From assembly GCA_024679065.1 (NCBI GenBank), contig JAGIQG010000031.1, forward strand, positions 2,356,001 through 2,420,000: a stretch of 64,000 nt of DNA. Direction: 5' to 3'. The notes under the pieces are model-generated. The model was given only the letters and a program-made list of their open reading frames with translations, was not told the DNA's origin and made no database searches. Shown here piece by piece: positions 1-10,131 of the stretch. The translations under genes were made by a program, and so were the position numbers. Origin of the DNA: Sphyrna mokarran. Its lineage: Eukaryota. Each line of letters begins with the position of its first letter. The first letter of the stretch is position 1.

Positions 1-310
1 ATACACACTTCAAACCACCATCCCGTTTGCCACTATACTGCTGCGACCTAGAAACCTTATCTGTGACCTCCCTATTCACATCCTCCTGTATACTGGCACA
101 ACAATTCAGGTTCCCATCCCCCCCCCGAATCAGTTTAAACCCCTCCGAATAGCACTGGTAAATTTACCCTCCAAGATATTGGAACCTCTCTGATTCAGGT
201 GCAGACCATCCCTCTTGTAGAGGTCCCACCTTCCCCAGAATGAGCCCCAATTGTCCAAATACCTGAACCCTTCCCTCCTACACCATCCCTTTAGCCACGA
301 GTTCAAATGT
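1..310 (-). mobile_element. CR1 LINE fragment (ORF1/ORF2 junction)
   Basis: Similar to 24890-25190 and 59430-59750. Confidence 0.75.
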
Positions 311-334
311 TCTCTCTCCCACTGTTAGAGTGGA

Positions 335-1900
335 TTTGGTGATGTGGAGTTTGTTTTTCTGAGTGTTGTTGAATCTGCACTCATCCAGGCAAGTGCTGAG
401 TATTCTATCACACTTCCGAGCCTTGAATTTTTGATGGTGGTCAGGCTTTTGGTAGTGAAGAGGTGAGTTACTCACCGCAGATTCCCTGGCTTTGAGTGGC
501 TCTTGTAGCCAAAGTATGCATATGATAAGCCAGCTTAGTTGTTATTCCATGTTACCCCCAGAATGTTGATTGTGGGAGCTGATTCTCTCCACCCATGTTC
601 GTGACCATCGCTGCCTGACGCTTCAGTGGTGCAACTGCTATTTGATACTTGTCAGCTCAAGATATCGCCTGTTTCTTACTGCATATGAACATTGAATTCT
701 CATGTAGTTGAGGAGCCATGATTGGTGCAGAACATGGTGAACATCAGTGAACATCATCGCTTATAATATCTTGATGGAAGGAAGGTCATCAATGAAATAG
801 CTGAAGATGGTTGGGCCGAGGACACTAATTCATTGAAACTTCTGTAGTAACATCTTGTAGATAAGATTCCAGAACTTAGACCACCACATTCATCATTCTT
901 TGTGCCAAATCTGACTCCAACCAGCAGAGTGTTTAATCAAGATTCCCACTGAATCCAATTTGAATTTTACAATCCCGGCAGATCAGACGAAGTCCATTCA
1001 GCCCATCAAGTCTGCACCGAACATAATGCCAGCAACCCGGCACATTTGCCCTTTGAGTCCCCCTATCAGTAAGCAGCAATTTAACATTGCCAATCAACCG
1101 AAACTACACATCTTTATAGTATGGAAGCTAACAAGGACACCCTGGGATAACTACGCAGAAACTGTGAGAACGTGGAAACTCAACACAGACTGTCTCCCTA
1201 TGCTGGAATTATTCCCAGGTTCCTAGCGATATGAGGCAACAGTGTTAACCACTGTGCCAGCCTGCGACATCGAGTTTTGCTCGGGTTCCTTGGTACTATA
1301 TTCGGACACATGATCCTTTATGTCAGAACATTATTCTCGTGACATCAAGGCTCCGTCAGTGAGCTCCTTTGTCCATGTTTGAACCAAGCCTTTCATGAGG
1401 TGAAGGGTTGAGGGAAGTTGCAGTAACACAAACAGATTATTTGTTTATTGTTGAATAAATACATTTAGTAGCTCCTCAATCGCTTTATTTTTGATCGAAT
1501 GTAAACTGACGGTGCAGTACTTGGCTGGGTTGTATTTGTTCTATTTCATGTACACAGGGCAGACCGGGATAATTATCAACCTCGTGGGTAACTGCCATTG
1601 TTACATCTTTAATAGAATAGCTTGGGCAGTGTTGCAATGACTTCAAAGCAAGTTCAGTTTTGTAGCTGCATCATCATTATCATGGCCTGCGGCCTTTGCA
1701 TTATCCAATTCTGTTTACTGATATCAAATAGAGTGAATGGAGTTGGCTGAAGACTGCAATGAAGGGGGGTACGTGAGGACGCCAAAATTCTTATCCAATC
1801 GACAATTGTAGCTGAGGATTTTTGCGAATGCTTCAGCTTTAATTTTTCCAGGGATGTGATTCCTCCCCCCCCCACCCCAACCAACCCCCCCCCCACCCCA
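335..1900 (-). mobile_element. Old decayed CR1/L2-clade LINE ORF2 remnant, interrupted by a SINE at about 960-1270
   Basis: Degenerate RT-like sequence resembling 39200-40020; no long ORF. Confidence 0.5.
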
Positions 1901-2448
1901 CCCCCCTCCGCCCCCTACATTCATTGAGCTCTTCAGTATTTGTGGAGCCTCCTCCTCTAGGGAGTTGCATAATTATCCATCACAATTTGCGGTTGGATGC
2001 AGAGGGATTGCAGAGTTTACATCTGATCCATTGGTTGAAATCTATGATAATCCTCAAGCCTGCTTTCCAACCTTACCTCATTCCCATGATGCCCTTATTG
2101 ACTAACAACCTGCCTGCCTCGTTATCAGCAAAGGTTTCCATCCAAATTGTACTGCTCTGTGAGCTCTAAAGATGTGCAGAGGCCTGAGAGTAGATACCTC
2201 CTTCAACACTGCCTTAATTGGGCGACTTCTTATGCTGAGATTATGCCCTAGGTTCCCAGGTGGAGACAACATCTCAGCATCTTCACTGTTGCACCCACTG
2301 AGTATCCTAGACGTTGCAATAATCTTTTCATTCTCATAAACTCCATTGAGTACAGACCAAACTAATCAAATTCTCTTCATACCGAAAAACCTCCACATCT
2401 ACTAGCAACCATCAGACGAAATAGAGGCAAAGGGAGATATACTAACTC

Positions 2449-2650
2449 TCAGTCCATGAGACTGAGAATTTGATTTGAAACAAATTTAGATGTTTTGGAC
2501 TGTGACCTGCTTTCTGTTAACCACATGAGATATCCTTAACTTTGTTCGAATAAAATCAGAAATATTCTGTTCAATATTACAACACATTCATTACACTTAC
2601 TTGTGATATACCGCCTTGTCTTCCCAGTGTCTGTGTTTTACCATGATTAC
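2449..2650 (-). CDS. Gene A tentative terminal exons (2601-2650 and 2449-2461): VIMVKHRHWEDKAVYHNLMD*
   Basis: 2601-2650 is bounded by ccacag and |GTAAGT. Splicing to tctcag|T at 2461 gives a YxxL motif and a stop at 2449-2451. Both acceptors are only moderate. Confidence 0.4.
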
Positions 2651-5600
2651 CTGTGGATTGAAGTTTGAGATTTCACCTTGAATAATTTCTTAATTTGAAT
2701 ACTTAGTCATTAATTAGGGTTGTGCGGTAGCACAGTGGTTAGCACTGCTACCTCACAGCTCCGGGGACCTGATTCGATTCCTGGCGTGGGTCACTGTCAC
2801 AGTTTGCACATTCTCCCTGTGTCTGTCTGGGTTTCGTCCAGATGCTCCAGTTGCCTCCCACATTCTAAGGATATGCAGGACAGATTGTTGGCCGTGCTAA
2901 GTTCACCTTTAGTGTCCCGGAAAGCATAGGTTAAGGGGATTAACGGAACAAATATGCGGTGTTGCCGGGATAGGGTCCAGGTGAGATTTCTTTTCATGCA
3001 GATTTGATGAGCTGAATAGATTCCTCTGTGCTGTTGCGATTATATGATTCCAGACATATAGGAAACCAACTATCATTCAATGTATCAGTAGCACAGCACT
3101 TCAATTGTCCCCTCCATTCATAGAGCCATAGAATCTCTACAATGCAGAAGAACGCCATTCGGCTCATCGAGTCTGCATGGACAGTAATCCGATCCAAGCC
3201 CCATTCCCGTGACTCCACGCATTTATCCTGCTAATCCCCCTGACATTAGGATCAATTTAACATGGCCATTCTACCTAAATTGCATATCTTTGGAGGAAAC
3301 TGGAGCACCGAGGAAACCCACGCAGACACGGGGAGAACGTGCAGACGCCACACAGACAGTGACCCGAGACTGGAATTGAACCATGTCCCTGGAGTTGTGA
3401 GGCAGAAGTGCTAACCACTGTGCCATCGTGCCACAGTGAGGAAAAAATCCAAAGAAGGCTCCAAAATTCATCAGTGTTCCCCAAATATCCAAATTGGAAC
3501 TCAATACACCACTTGTCAAGAAATAATTTATGGACAGCAATTTGCCACTGTATGAGCCTCCCCAACATGTATGTCTTCCACTGACCCTCTGGTATATTGT
3601 TGGCAACATGGGTCCAACGGAAAAGAGATTTAATGAATAATCTATCTTATGACAGAAAATGTCTTTATCAGCCTGTGAATTCATCGCATTTGATATTTAA
3701 TCTGTGACAGCATTTCAAAGCAACATACCTGTTTTCCATTTTTTCTGTACCCGCCGTGATGTTGTCTCTGTGAACCTAAAACCCAATAAGGACAGAATGC
3801 ATTCAGATGTCGTGCTAAGCCTAACCCGAATGTCAGAAATTGGTTTAGAAAATTATTTTCGAACAGTTTTAGACTCAGTCCATAAATATCATGGCTAATA
3901 CCAAAGCATAACATTGGGAATTGTGTGAAACGAGATTTCTCACAGTGTTAAATACTGAGAGGGTGACTTTTGCAAATGGTTATGTTACTCACTTTCCATT
4001 GTGGATTTCCTTGCCATGTTCTCCTGAAAGAAGAAACTGTGGTTAACAATATTAAACAACATAATGAGAATCACTTTGAACAAACAATATCGCCATTGTC
4101 AATTCTAAACATTAACTCTCACCTGATTTGTCTGTTTTGCAAACCCATATGGACAAAGGGATGAAGAGGAGAACCAGAATCACCAGGACAATTATGACAA
4201 TGAGATGTTTCACACTGCACCACCCTGAAGAGAGAAAACATTGAGAAAATCTGCTGGGTCAATGTTATTAAACAGAGGAAGGTTCCCCCTCCCCATACCT
4301 CCCCCCTCCATTGAGAACTAATGCAGAACACTGAAAGAGAAATATCTTGCTTCATTATCTGTAAAAGTGAGGTGAATTTTTGTGAAGTTTTGATTTAATT
4401 TTCGACAGTATTTAGTGCTTACATCAACATGCCTAACACTCTTGAAAATCAGCAAGTAATGATTTATTTAACTAACAAGCAGTGAAGAATTTAACAAAAC
4501 TATTAACAAACAGAATAAAATCCGATTCTAATGGAATGCTGTTCAGATGACTAGAATTCCCGCTTATTAAAAAAAAAAACTAGAATTTAATCTCTATCTA
4601 AATTACAATCAGGTTTGGTGTTTTCTGGAATATGTTCTGTTTTGTCTATTCATTCGCTTGTCTGAAACTTCTGTCGTCTTTGGTGCCCTTTCTACTGACA
4701 TGAAAATTTCCCTTGCGGCATGGATGAGGCAAATGTGAGTTGCTTTCCTAGTTATTTTCCCTCTGACACATTTTTATACCTGCGATGACACCCCCTGCAA
4801 GTACCAGATTGCCAAAACCATCAAATTTAAATCTAACAGGTTGCCGGTATGCAAATACTTGACTTAGAGTGTTTGGCAGAATTTTAAATAAATTAAAAGC
4901 CTTTTTGTTTTTTTGGCAACATTGCTGCCTGGCTCTTCGATCAAAAAATAATTTTCATTCAGAGACCCCTTATAGTCCAGCATGTTTTTTTTAAACTTTC
5001 TAAGCATAGACAAGAACACCAACCTTTTAAGAGAATAATGTGATGCTTTCTAGTTAGCATTTTACATTTATAAAAATAATTTTACACACACCAATTTCTA
5101 GCATTCTAATTCTCAATCTAAAATTAATCTATTGAACCTCACAACAATCAGATAACTATTTTCTTGGACTCACAATTGGTAAGCATTTCCAATTTAAATG
5201 TTGGTATCTGAAACTCGAGTATGAAACTGGAAATAAATTTCAAGTGATAATGAAATGCGAAAGCAAATATTGGAATAAACAGCATTCGATAGTTCAGATG
5301 AATTTTCAGACAGCTCTGTCAGAATGGTTTCTCGTTCAGAGTGCATCAGTTTGAATGTTGAACGCAATATAGAACATAGAACACAGAACGGAGAACACGA
5401 CCACACAAACAGGCCCTTCGGTACACAAGTTGCGCCGAACATATCCGTATCTACCAGGCCATAGAATTATCTGTAATCCCCAAACCCATTAAATCCCATG
5501 TACTCATCCTTTAAAAGACCTCAACGAATTCGTCTCCACCACCACTGATGGCAGCCACTCACTCACCACCCTCTGAGTGAAAAAAAAACATACCCCTGAC

Positions 5601-8600
5601 ATGTCCTCTGTACCTGCTCCCAGCACCTTAAACCTGCGTCCTCTCGTAACAACGATTTCAGCCATGGGAAGTAGCCTCCGAGAGTCCACCCGAGCGATAC
5701 TTCTCAATATCTTATAAACCTCTATCAGGTTGTATCTCAATCTTCGTCTCTCCAGGGAGAGAAGACCTAGTTCCCTCAACCGATCCTGTTAAGGCATGCC
5801 TCCCAATCCAGGCAACATCCTTGTAAATCTCCTCTGCACCCTCTCAATAGCTTCTACCACCTTCCTGTAGTGAGGCGACCAGAATTATGTGAACGTTTAT
5901 TTGGAAAGACATTCGTGGAGTGGAAGAAACGGACTGTATTGGTCTTGGCTTTTTGCACGGGCGTCCATCATTGTCCCTAAATTAGTCTTCCCTCAATCTT
6001 CCCCATTAGGCGTAGACAAAGGTCATAGGTGGACGAGGGCGCTCACAATGTTAAAATGGCAGCGCGGGCTCATTGGGCCGAAGGGACTGTTTCCCGTCCT
6101 GTATTGTTCTTTGTTCTTTGTTCATTTTGTGATATCTCAGATGGCCTTGCCCACTTTTCCCTTTTATGCAATACCGCTTGTGAAAATGATTAGCAAAAAT
6201 GCTCCCCTCGCCCTCTCATATGTGTTACAGATCACAAAGAACAAGAACAACAAAGAACAAAGAGCAACACAGCACGGGAAACAGGCCCTTCGGCCCAACG
6301 AGCCCACGCCGCCATCCTAACGTCTTAATGACATATCCTTGACTTTAGGCTATGCCTATTGTTGAAGATTCCCATATAGGGACCAATATAGGGACAATTT
6401 GTTACCCAATCAGCCTAACAGCACATTTTTGGGATGTGGGAGGAAACCGGAGCACCTGGAGGGAACCCACGCAACCACGGGGAGAACGCGCAAACTCCTG
6501 CAGACACAGGTCCAAATCCATGTGTCAGCACAGCAACAGCGATAGTCTCTGAGCTGTCATGTTGCCCATCAGATGTGTGAAAATACACCTTTGTGTGAAA
6601 AACTGGCCTCTAATATTCGTCTTATACATAGCCCCCCCCACCCTGTGTCTGTGACCCCTCGTTCTATCCATTTCTAATGGTGGAAAAAGCTTACCACCAT
6701 TTACTCTATCTATACCCCTCATAATCTTATATACCTCTAAAAGATCCCCTCTCAGCCGACGTCTTTCAAGGGAAAACAACCCCAGTGTTTTCAATCTTTC
6801 CTCGTAAGACAGCCCTACCATACCAGGCAGCATCCTGGTAAATCTCCTCTGCACTCTCTCCAGGGCCTCTACATCCTTCCTGTAGTACGGCGACCAGAAC
6901 AGGACGCAGTACTCCAGATGAGGCCAAACCAACGTTCTATACACCTGCAACATCAGACTCCTACTCTTGTATTCTAAACCCTTTCCTATGAAGGCTAACA
7001 TACCATACGCTTTTTTTTATCACATTCTCCACCTTTACTGACACCTTCAGAGACTTGTGAACTTGCACCCCCAGGTCTCTCTGCATCTCTATACAAAGTT
7101 CACAGCATAACAAAAAATCTCCTCATCTTACCACTTTTTTTGTAAATTTTCTTCAATGTGTGTCTGTTTCCTTACTGATCTGCCACTGGTCATCTTTTTT
7201 TTTTAATTTTGCTTAATCAATCTCGCGATGATATTAAGCACGTACACTTCTCTGTTGGAAGGAGAACAACCTATTTTCCTTCGGTATTCCGACATTGACT
7301 GAAGTGGTCCAAGACCATTAATTCCACTCTGCACCCTCTCTCCATCCTTCTCATTCTTCCCCCCAAAAGTGGTAAATTGAACTGTCGACCACCCTGCAAA
7401 TTTGACTGTGACCTTTTAGCATAAAATAACTCCCCTTGCTTGTGGACTCGATCACGCAGTTGTATACATCCAGGGTCTATTTATCTTTTAACAACACTTT
7501 CAGTTTACCTGTCCACCTCCAACAATAAATGAAACAAAAAACGATTAAAGCACAATATGAGGCCATTCAGCCCATTGTGTTGTTGTTCTCTCTGCCTTTT
7601 CTCGTCAACCAACAATTGCTTCCTTTTCGGATCACTCCCCATTTCCCTTTCAAATCTGCCATTGTACTGCCTCAGCCTCAGACAGTGCGTTCCACATGAC
7701 AAACATTATCTCAACAGAAGTCTCCTTCATCATTTGCTGCTTATTTCTGTGCTAATCCCAACAGATTTCTGCCTTCTGATTCTATACGTTTTGATCACAC
7801 TACTCCAGATGAGGCCTAACTATGGTTCTGTGTAACTGCCCTGTCACCTGCCCGTTTTTAAACTCAATGCACCAACCTATGAAGGCAAGCATGACGTAGC
7901 CTTCTTGACCACCTTATCCATTTGCTTTACCACTTTCAGTGATCACTGGACATGTGCGCCCAAGTATATCTGCCCGCCAGTAATCCTAAGGGTTCTACCA
8001 TATACTGTATGATACCTACATGCATCGGGTCTTCCAAAATGCATAATCTCATATTTGTCCAGATTAAAATCCATCTGCCACTTTTCTGCACAAGTCTTCA
8101 ACCAGTTTATATCTTCCTGTATCCTCGGATAATCCTCTCCTGCAACACCATCATTTTTTGTGAAAACTGCAAACTTATTATTCAGATCAGTTTTCTCCAA
8201 GTTCGTCCAAATTTTCCCCTGAGTACATAGAACATAGAAGATAGAACACTACAGCACAAACAGGCCCTTCGGCCCACAAGTTGTGCCGAACACATCAAAA
8301 CCTACCCAGCCATAGACCTATCTATAACCCCCAATCCCATTGGATCCCATATACTCATCCAGAAGTCTTTTAAAAGACCCCAGCGAGTTCGCCTCGACCA
8401 CCACCGATGGCAGCCGATTCCATTCACTCACCACCCTCTGAGTGAAAAACTTTCCCCTAGCATCCCCTCTGTACTTGCTTCCCTGCACCTTAAATCTGTG
8501 CCCTCTCGTCGCGACCATTTCAGCCCTGGGAAATAGTCTCTGAGAGTCCACCCTATCTATTCCTCTCAACATCTTGTAAACCTCTATCAGGTCGCCTCTC

Positions 8601-10131
8601 AACCTTCGTCTCTTCAGGGAGAACAGTCCCAGCTCCCTCAACCTGTCTTCATAAGGCATGCCTCCCAATCCAGGCAACATTCTTGTAAATCTCCTCTGCA
8701 CCCTTTCAATAGCTTCCACGTCCTTCCTATAGTGAGGCGACCAGAACTGCGCACAGTACTCCAAGTGTGGTCTGACAAGGGTCCTATAAAGCTGCAGCAT
8801 TACCTCCTGACTCCTGAACTCAATCCCTCGATGAATGAAGGCCAGTACACCGGAAGCTTTCTTAACCACATCCTCCACCTGGGAGGCCGATTTGTGAGTC
8901 TTATGGACCCGGACCCCAAGATCCCTCTGCTCTTCCACACAACTAAGACTCCTACCTTTGATAGTGTACTTTATGTAAACTACGAACAACAAAAGTCCAG
9001 AACTGATCCTTGGAAGTCATCAACTCACCTGTGCCAGTCACTACTGCTTTGGGGGATGACACACTTTTTGTCCAATATTTCCCTGGGGTCCCCAGTTGAA
9101 CAATACAAGTACAGACACCACCACTTCTCCAGGTTTCTCTCGACACTGTGATGTGACTTCTGATGCTGTATGTCCCGTCATCCTCTTTTGTCCCGGGATC
9201 GCTCCATCCCTGGGCGACAAGACCCGAAATATTCCAGAAAATAGCAATGTGGTTGGAAGAGACTTTACTGACCAAACACACTAAGGGGACGGTGTCATTG
9301 GAATCCAGCTCACCCGGCGGGACAAATACCAGCACATCCGTGTTGTTGGTGGAACTATCTGGATAATGATTTAGACACAGTTAGTGATACAATTCACACA
9401 CAATGTTAATGCTGTGGACAATCCGAGTTCATTTTTCTTGCTCTCTTACCTCCAACCAGCAGTGTCGCCGCTTTCTGGAGAGGTGCATAGCTAGCTATGC
9501 GTGCACAGTAGTAGGTGCTTGAATCATTCACTTGGAGATTTCGAATTTCCAGAATCAATATATTTTCCTGATTCCCTTTTTTAGAAATAAACTTACAATC
9601 ATCCCCAGGACAGGATTTAGTATCGATTGGTATTGGCGCTTCGCCCACATATTGTTTGAACCAAGCATAGCTAGACACCAATTCCACGTCGTAACTGAAG
9701 TGACAGAATAATTCCGTCTTCTCGCCGACTCCAGCTGTGATTGCGAAGGGACTCTCAGACAGGGAAGAACAGAATTCTGCAAATAGAGAGATTATTGTTA
9801 TCTAAAAACTGATTACCTGGAATGATCACCTAGCTCTTTTAATTTAGAAATAAAATATTCGTCTGGAATATAATAAAAACCTCTTTATTGACCATAATCA
9901 TTGTTGGCTAGATTTATTCTTCAATTTTACTTTTCGGGCGGAAATAGAAATTAATGTCAGTCGATCAGGTCAAATACCTCACGTGATTACAAGGTCACAT
10001 TTTCGCCTGGGCAAAATTTCTGCCTGGCTGATTACCATTTAAAATAATTCCAATGAAAATTATTGTTGTGTCTTACCATAACCCCAAAACACTTGGAAAA
10101 TCATTATCAGTGATAATGATGGGTTGGCCAT
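2449..10131 (-). CDS. Gene A: non-rearranging V(J)-C1-TM-cytoplasmic IgSF receptor (PRARP/VJ-C1-like), about 307 aa; exons 10077-10131, 9450-9776, 9029-9358, 4123-4224, 3729-3775, tentatively 2601-2650 and 2449-2461
   Basis: Five exons join with canonical GT/AG and matching phases (1,1,1,1,0) into an open frame: leader, V-set, C1-set, TM and cytoplasmic exon. The last two exons are tentative. Confidence 0.85.
2718..3051 (+). mobile_element. tRNA-derived V-SINE (HE1-like)
   Basis: Head gcacagtggttagcactgctacctcacagc, central gtttgcacattctccctgtgtctg, CR1-like tail. Confidence 0.85.
3120..3433 (-). mobile_element. tRNA-derived V-SINE (HE1-like), inverted relative to 2718-3051
   Basis: ggaaacccacgcagacacggggagaacgtgca...gctaaccactgtgcca on the + strand. 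Confidence 0.85.
3729..3775 (-). CDS. Gene A exon 5, cytoplasmic GSQRQHHGGYRKNGKQ
   Basis: Acceptor ttttag, donor CAG|GTATGT, phase 1 to 0 like the equivalent exon of gene B. Confidence 0.7.
4123..4224 (-). CDS. Gene A exon 4, stalk Cys plus transmembrane: GWCSVKHLIVIIVLVILVLLFIPLSIWVCKTDKS
   Basis: Strong polypyrimidine acceptor (ttttctctcttcag), donor G|GTGAGA, 102 nt phase 1-1, about 20 hydrophobic residues. Confidence 0.88.
5367..5885 (-). mobile_element. CR1 LINE 3' fragment
   Basis: ORF LSLERRRLR...FFTQRVV and (TTCTATG)n-type tail. Confidence 0.9.
6232..7090 (-). mobile_element. CR1 LINE 3' fragment with SINE-like segment in its 3'UTR
   Basis: ORF 6525-7001 (PHLEYCV.FWSP) and (TTCTTTG)n tail. 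Confidence 0.9.
7790..8975 (-). mobile_element. Two CR1 fragments (decayed 7790-8175; younger 3' end 8225-8975)
   Basis: ORFs 7943-8200 and 8318-8992 are CR1 RT C-terminal sequence; tail at about 8225-8260. Confidence 0.9.
9029..9358 (-). CDS. Gene A exon 3, C1-set Ig domain
   Basis: Acceptor ccag, donor G|GTGAGT, 330 nt. VLVFVPP...PLVCLV...IFWNIS...DDGTYSIRSHITVSRETWRSGGVCTCIVQ is an Ig/TCR constant-type pattern. Confidence 0.95.
9450..9776 (-). CDS. Gene A exon 2, V-set Ig domain with fused degenerate J-like G strand
   Basis: Acceptor tttgcag, donor G|GTAAGA, 327 nt. EFCSSLSESPFAITAGVGEKTELFCHFSYDVELVSSYAWFKQ...LEIRNLQVNDSSTYYCARIASYAPLQKAATLLVG has the B-strand Cys, WFKQ and DSSTYYC. Confidence 0.95.
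10077..10131 (-). CDS. Gene A exon 1, signal peptide MANPSLSLIMIFQVFWGY
   Basis: ATG at 10131, 55 nt hydrophobic leader, phase-1 donor G|GTAAGA, in frame with the V exon. Confidence 0.85.

Noticed and set aside
2731-3440. CACAGTG heptamers as RSS
   Set aside because: They lie in or at the edge of SINE heads, are not next to V/J exons and have no properly spaced nonamer.
3570-3610. TIYQRV ITSM-like motif in ORF 3271-3684
   Set aside because: I found no canonical acceptor that brings it in frame with gene A exon 5, and the ORF runs on into a SINE.
4849-4856. Octamer ATGCAAAT in the gene A C1-TM intron
   Set aside because: Isolated 8-mer with no supporting context; expected by chance in 64 kb.
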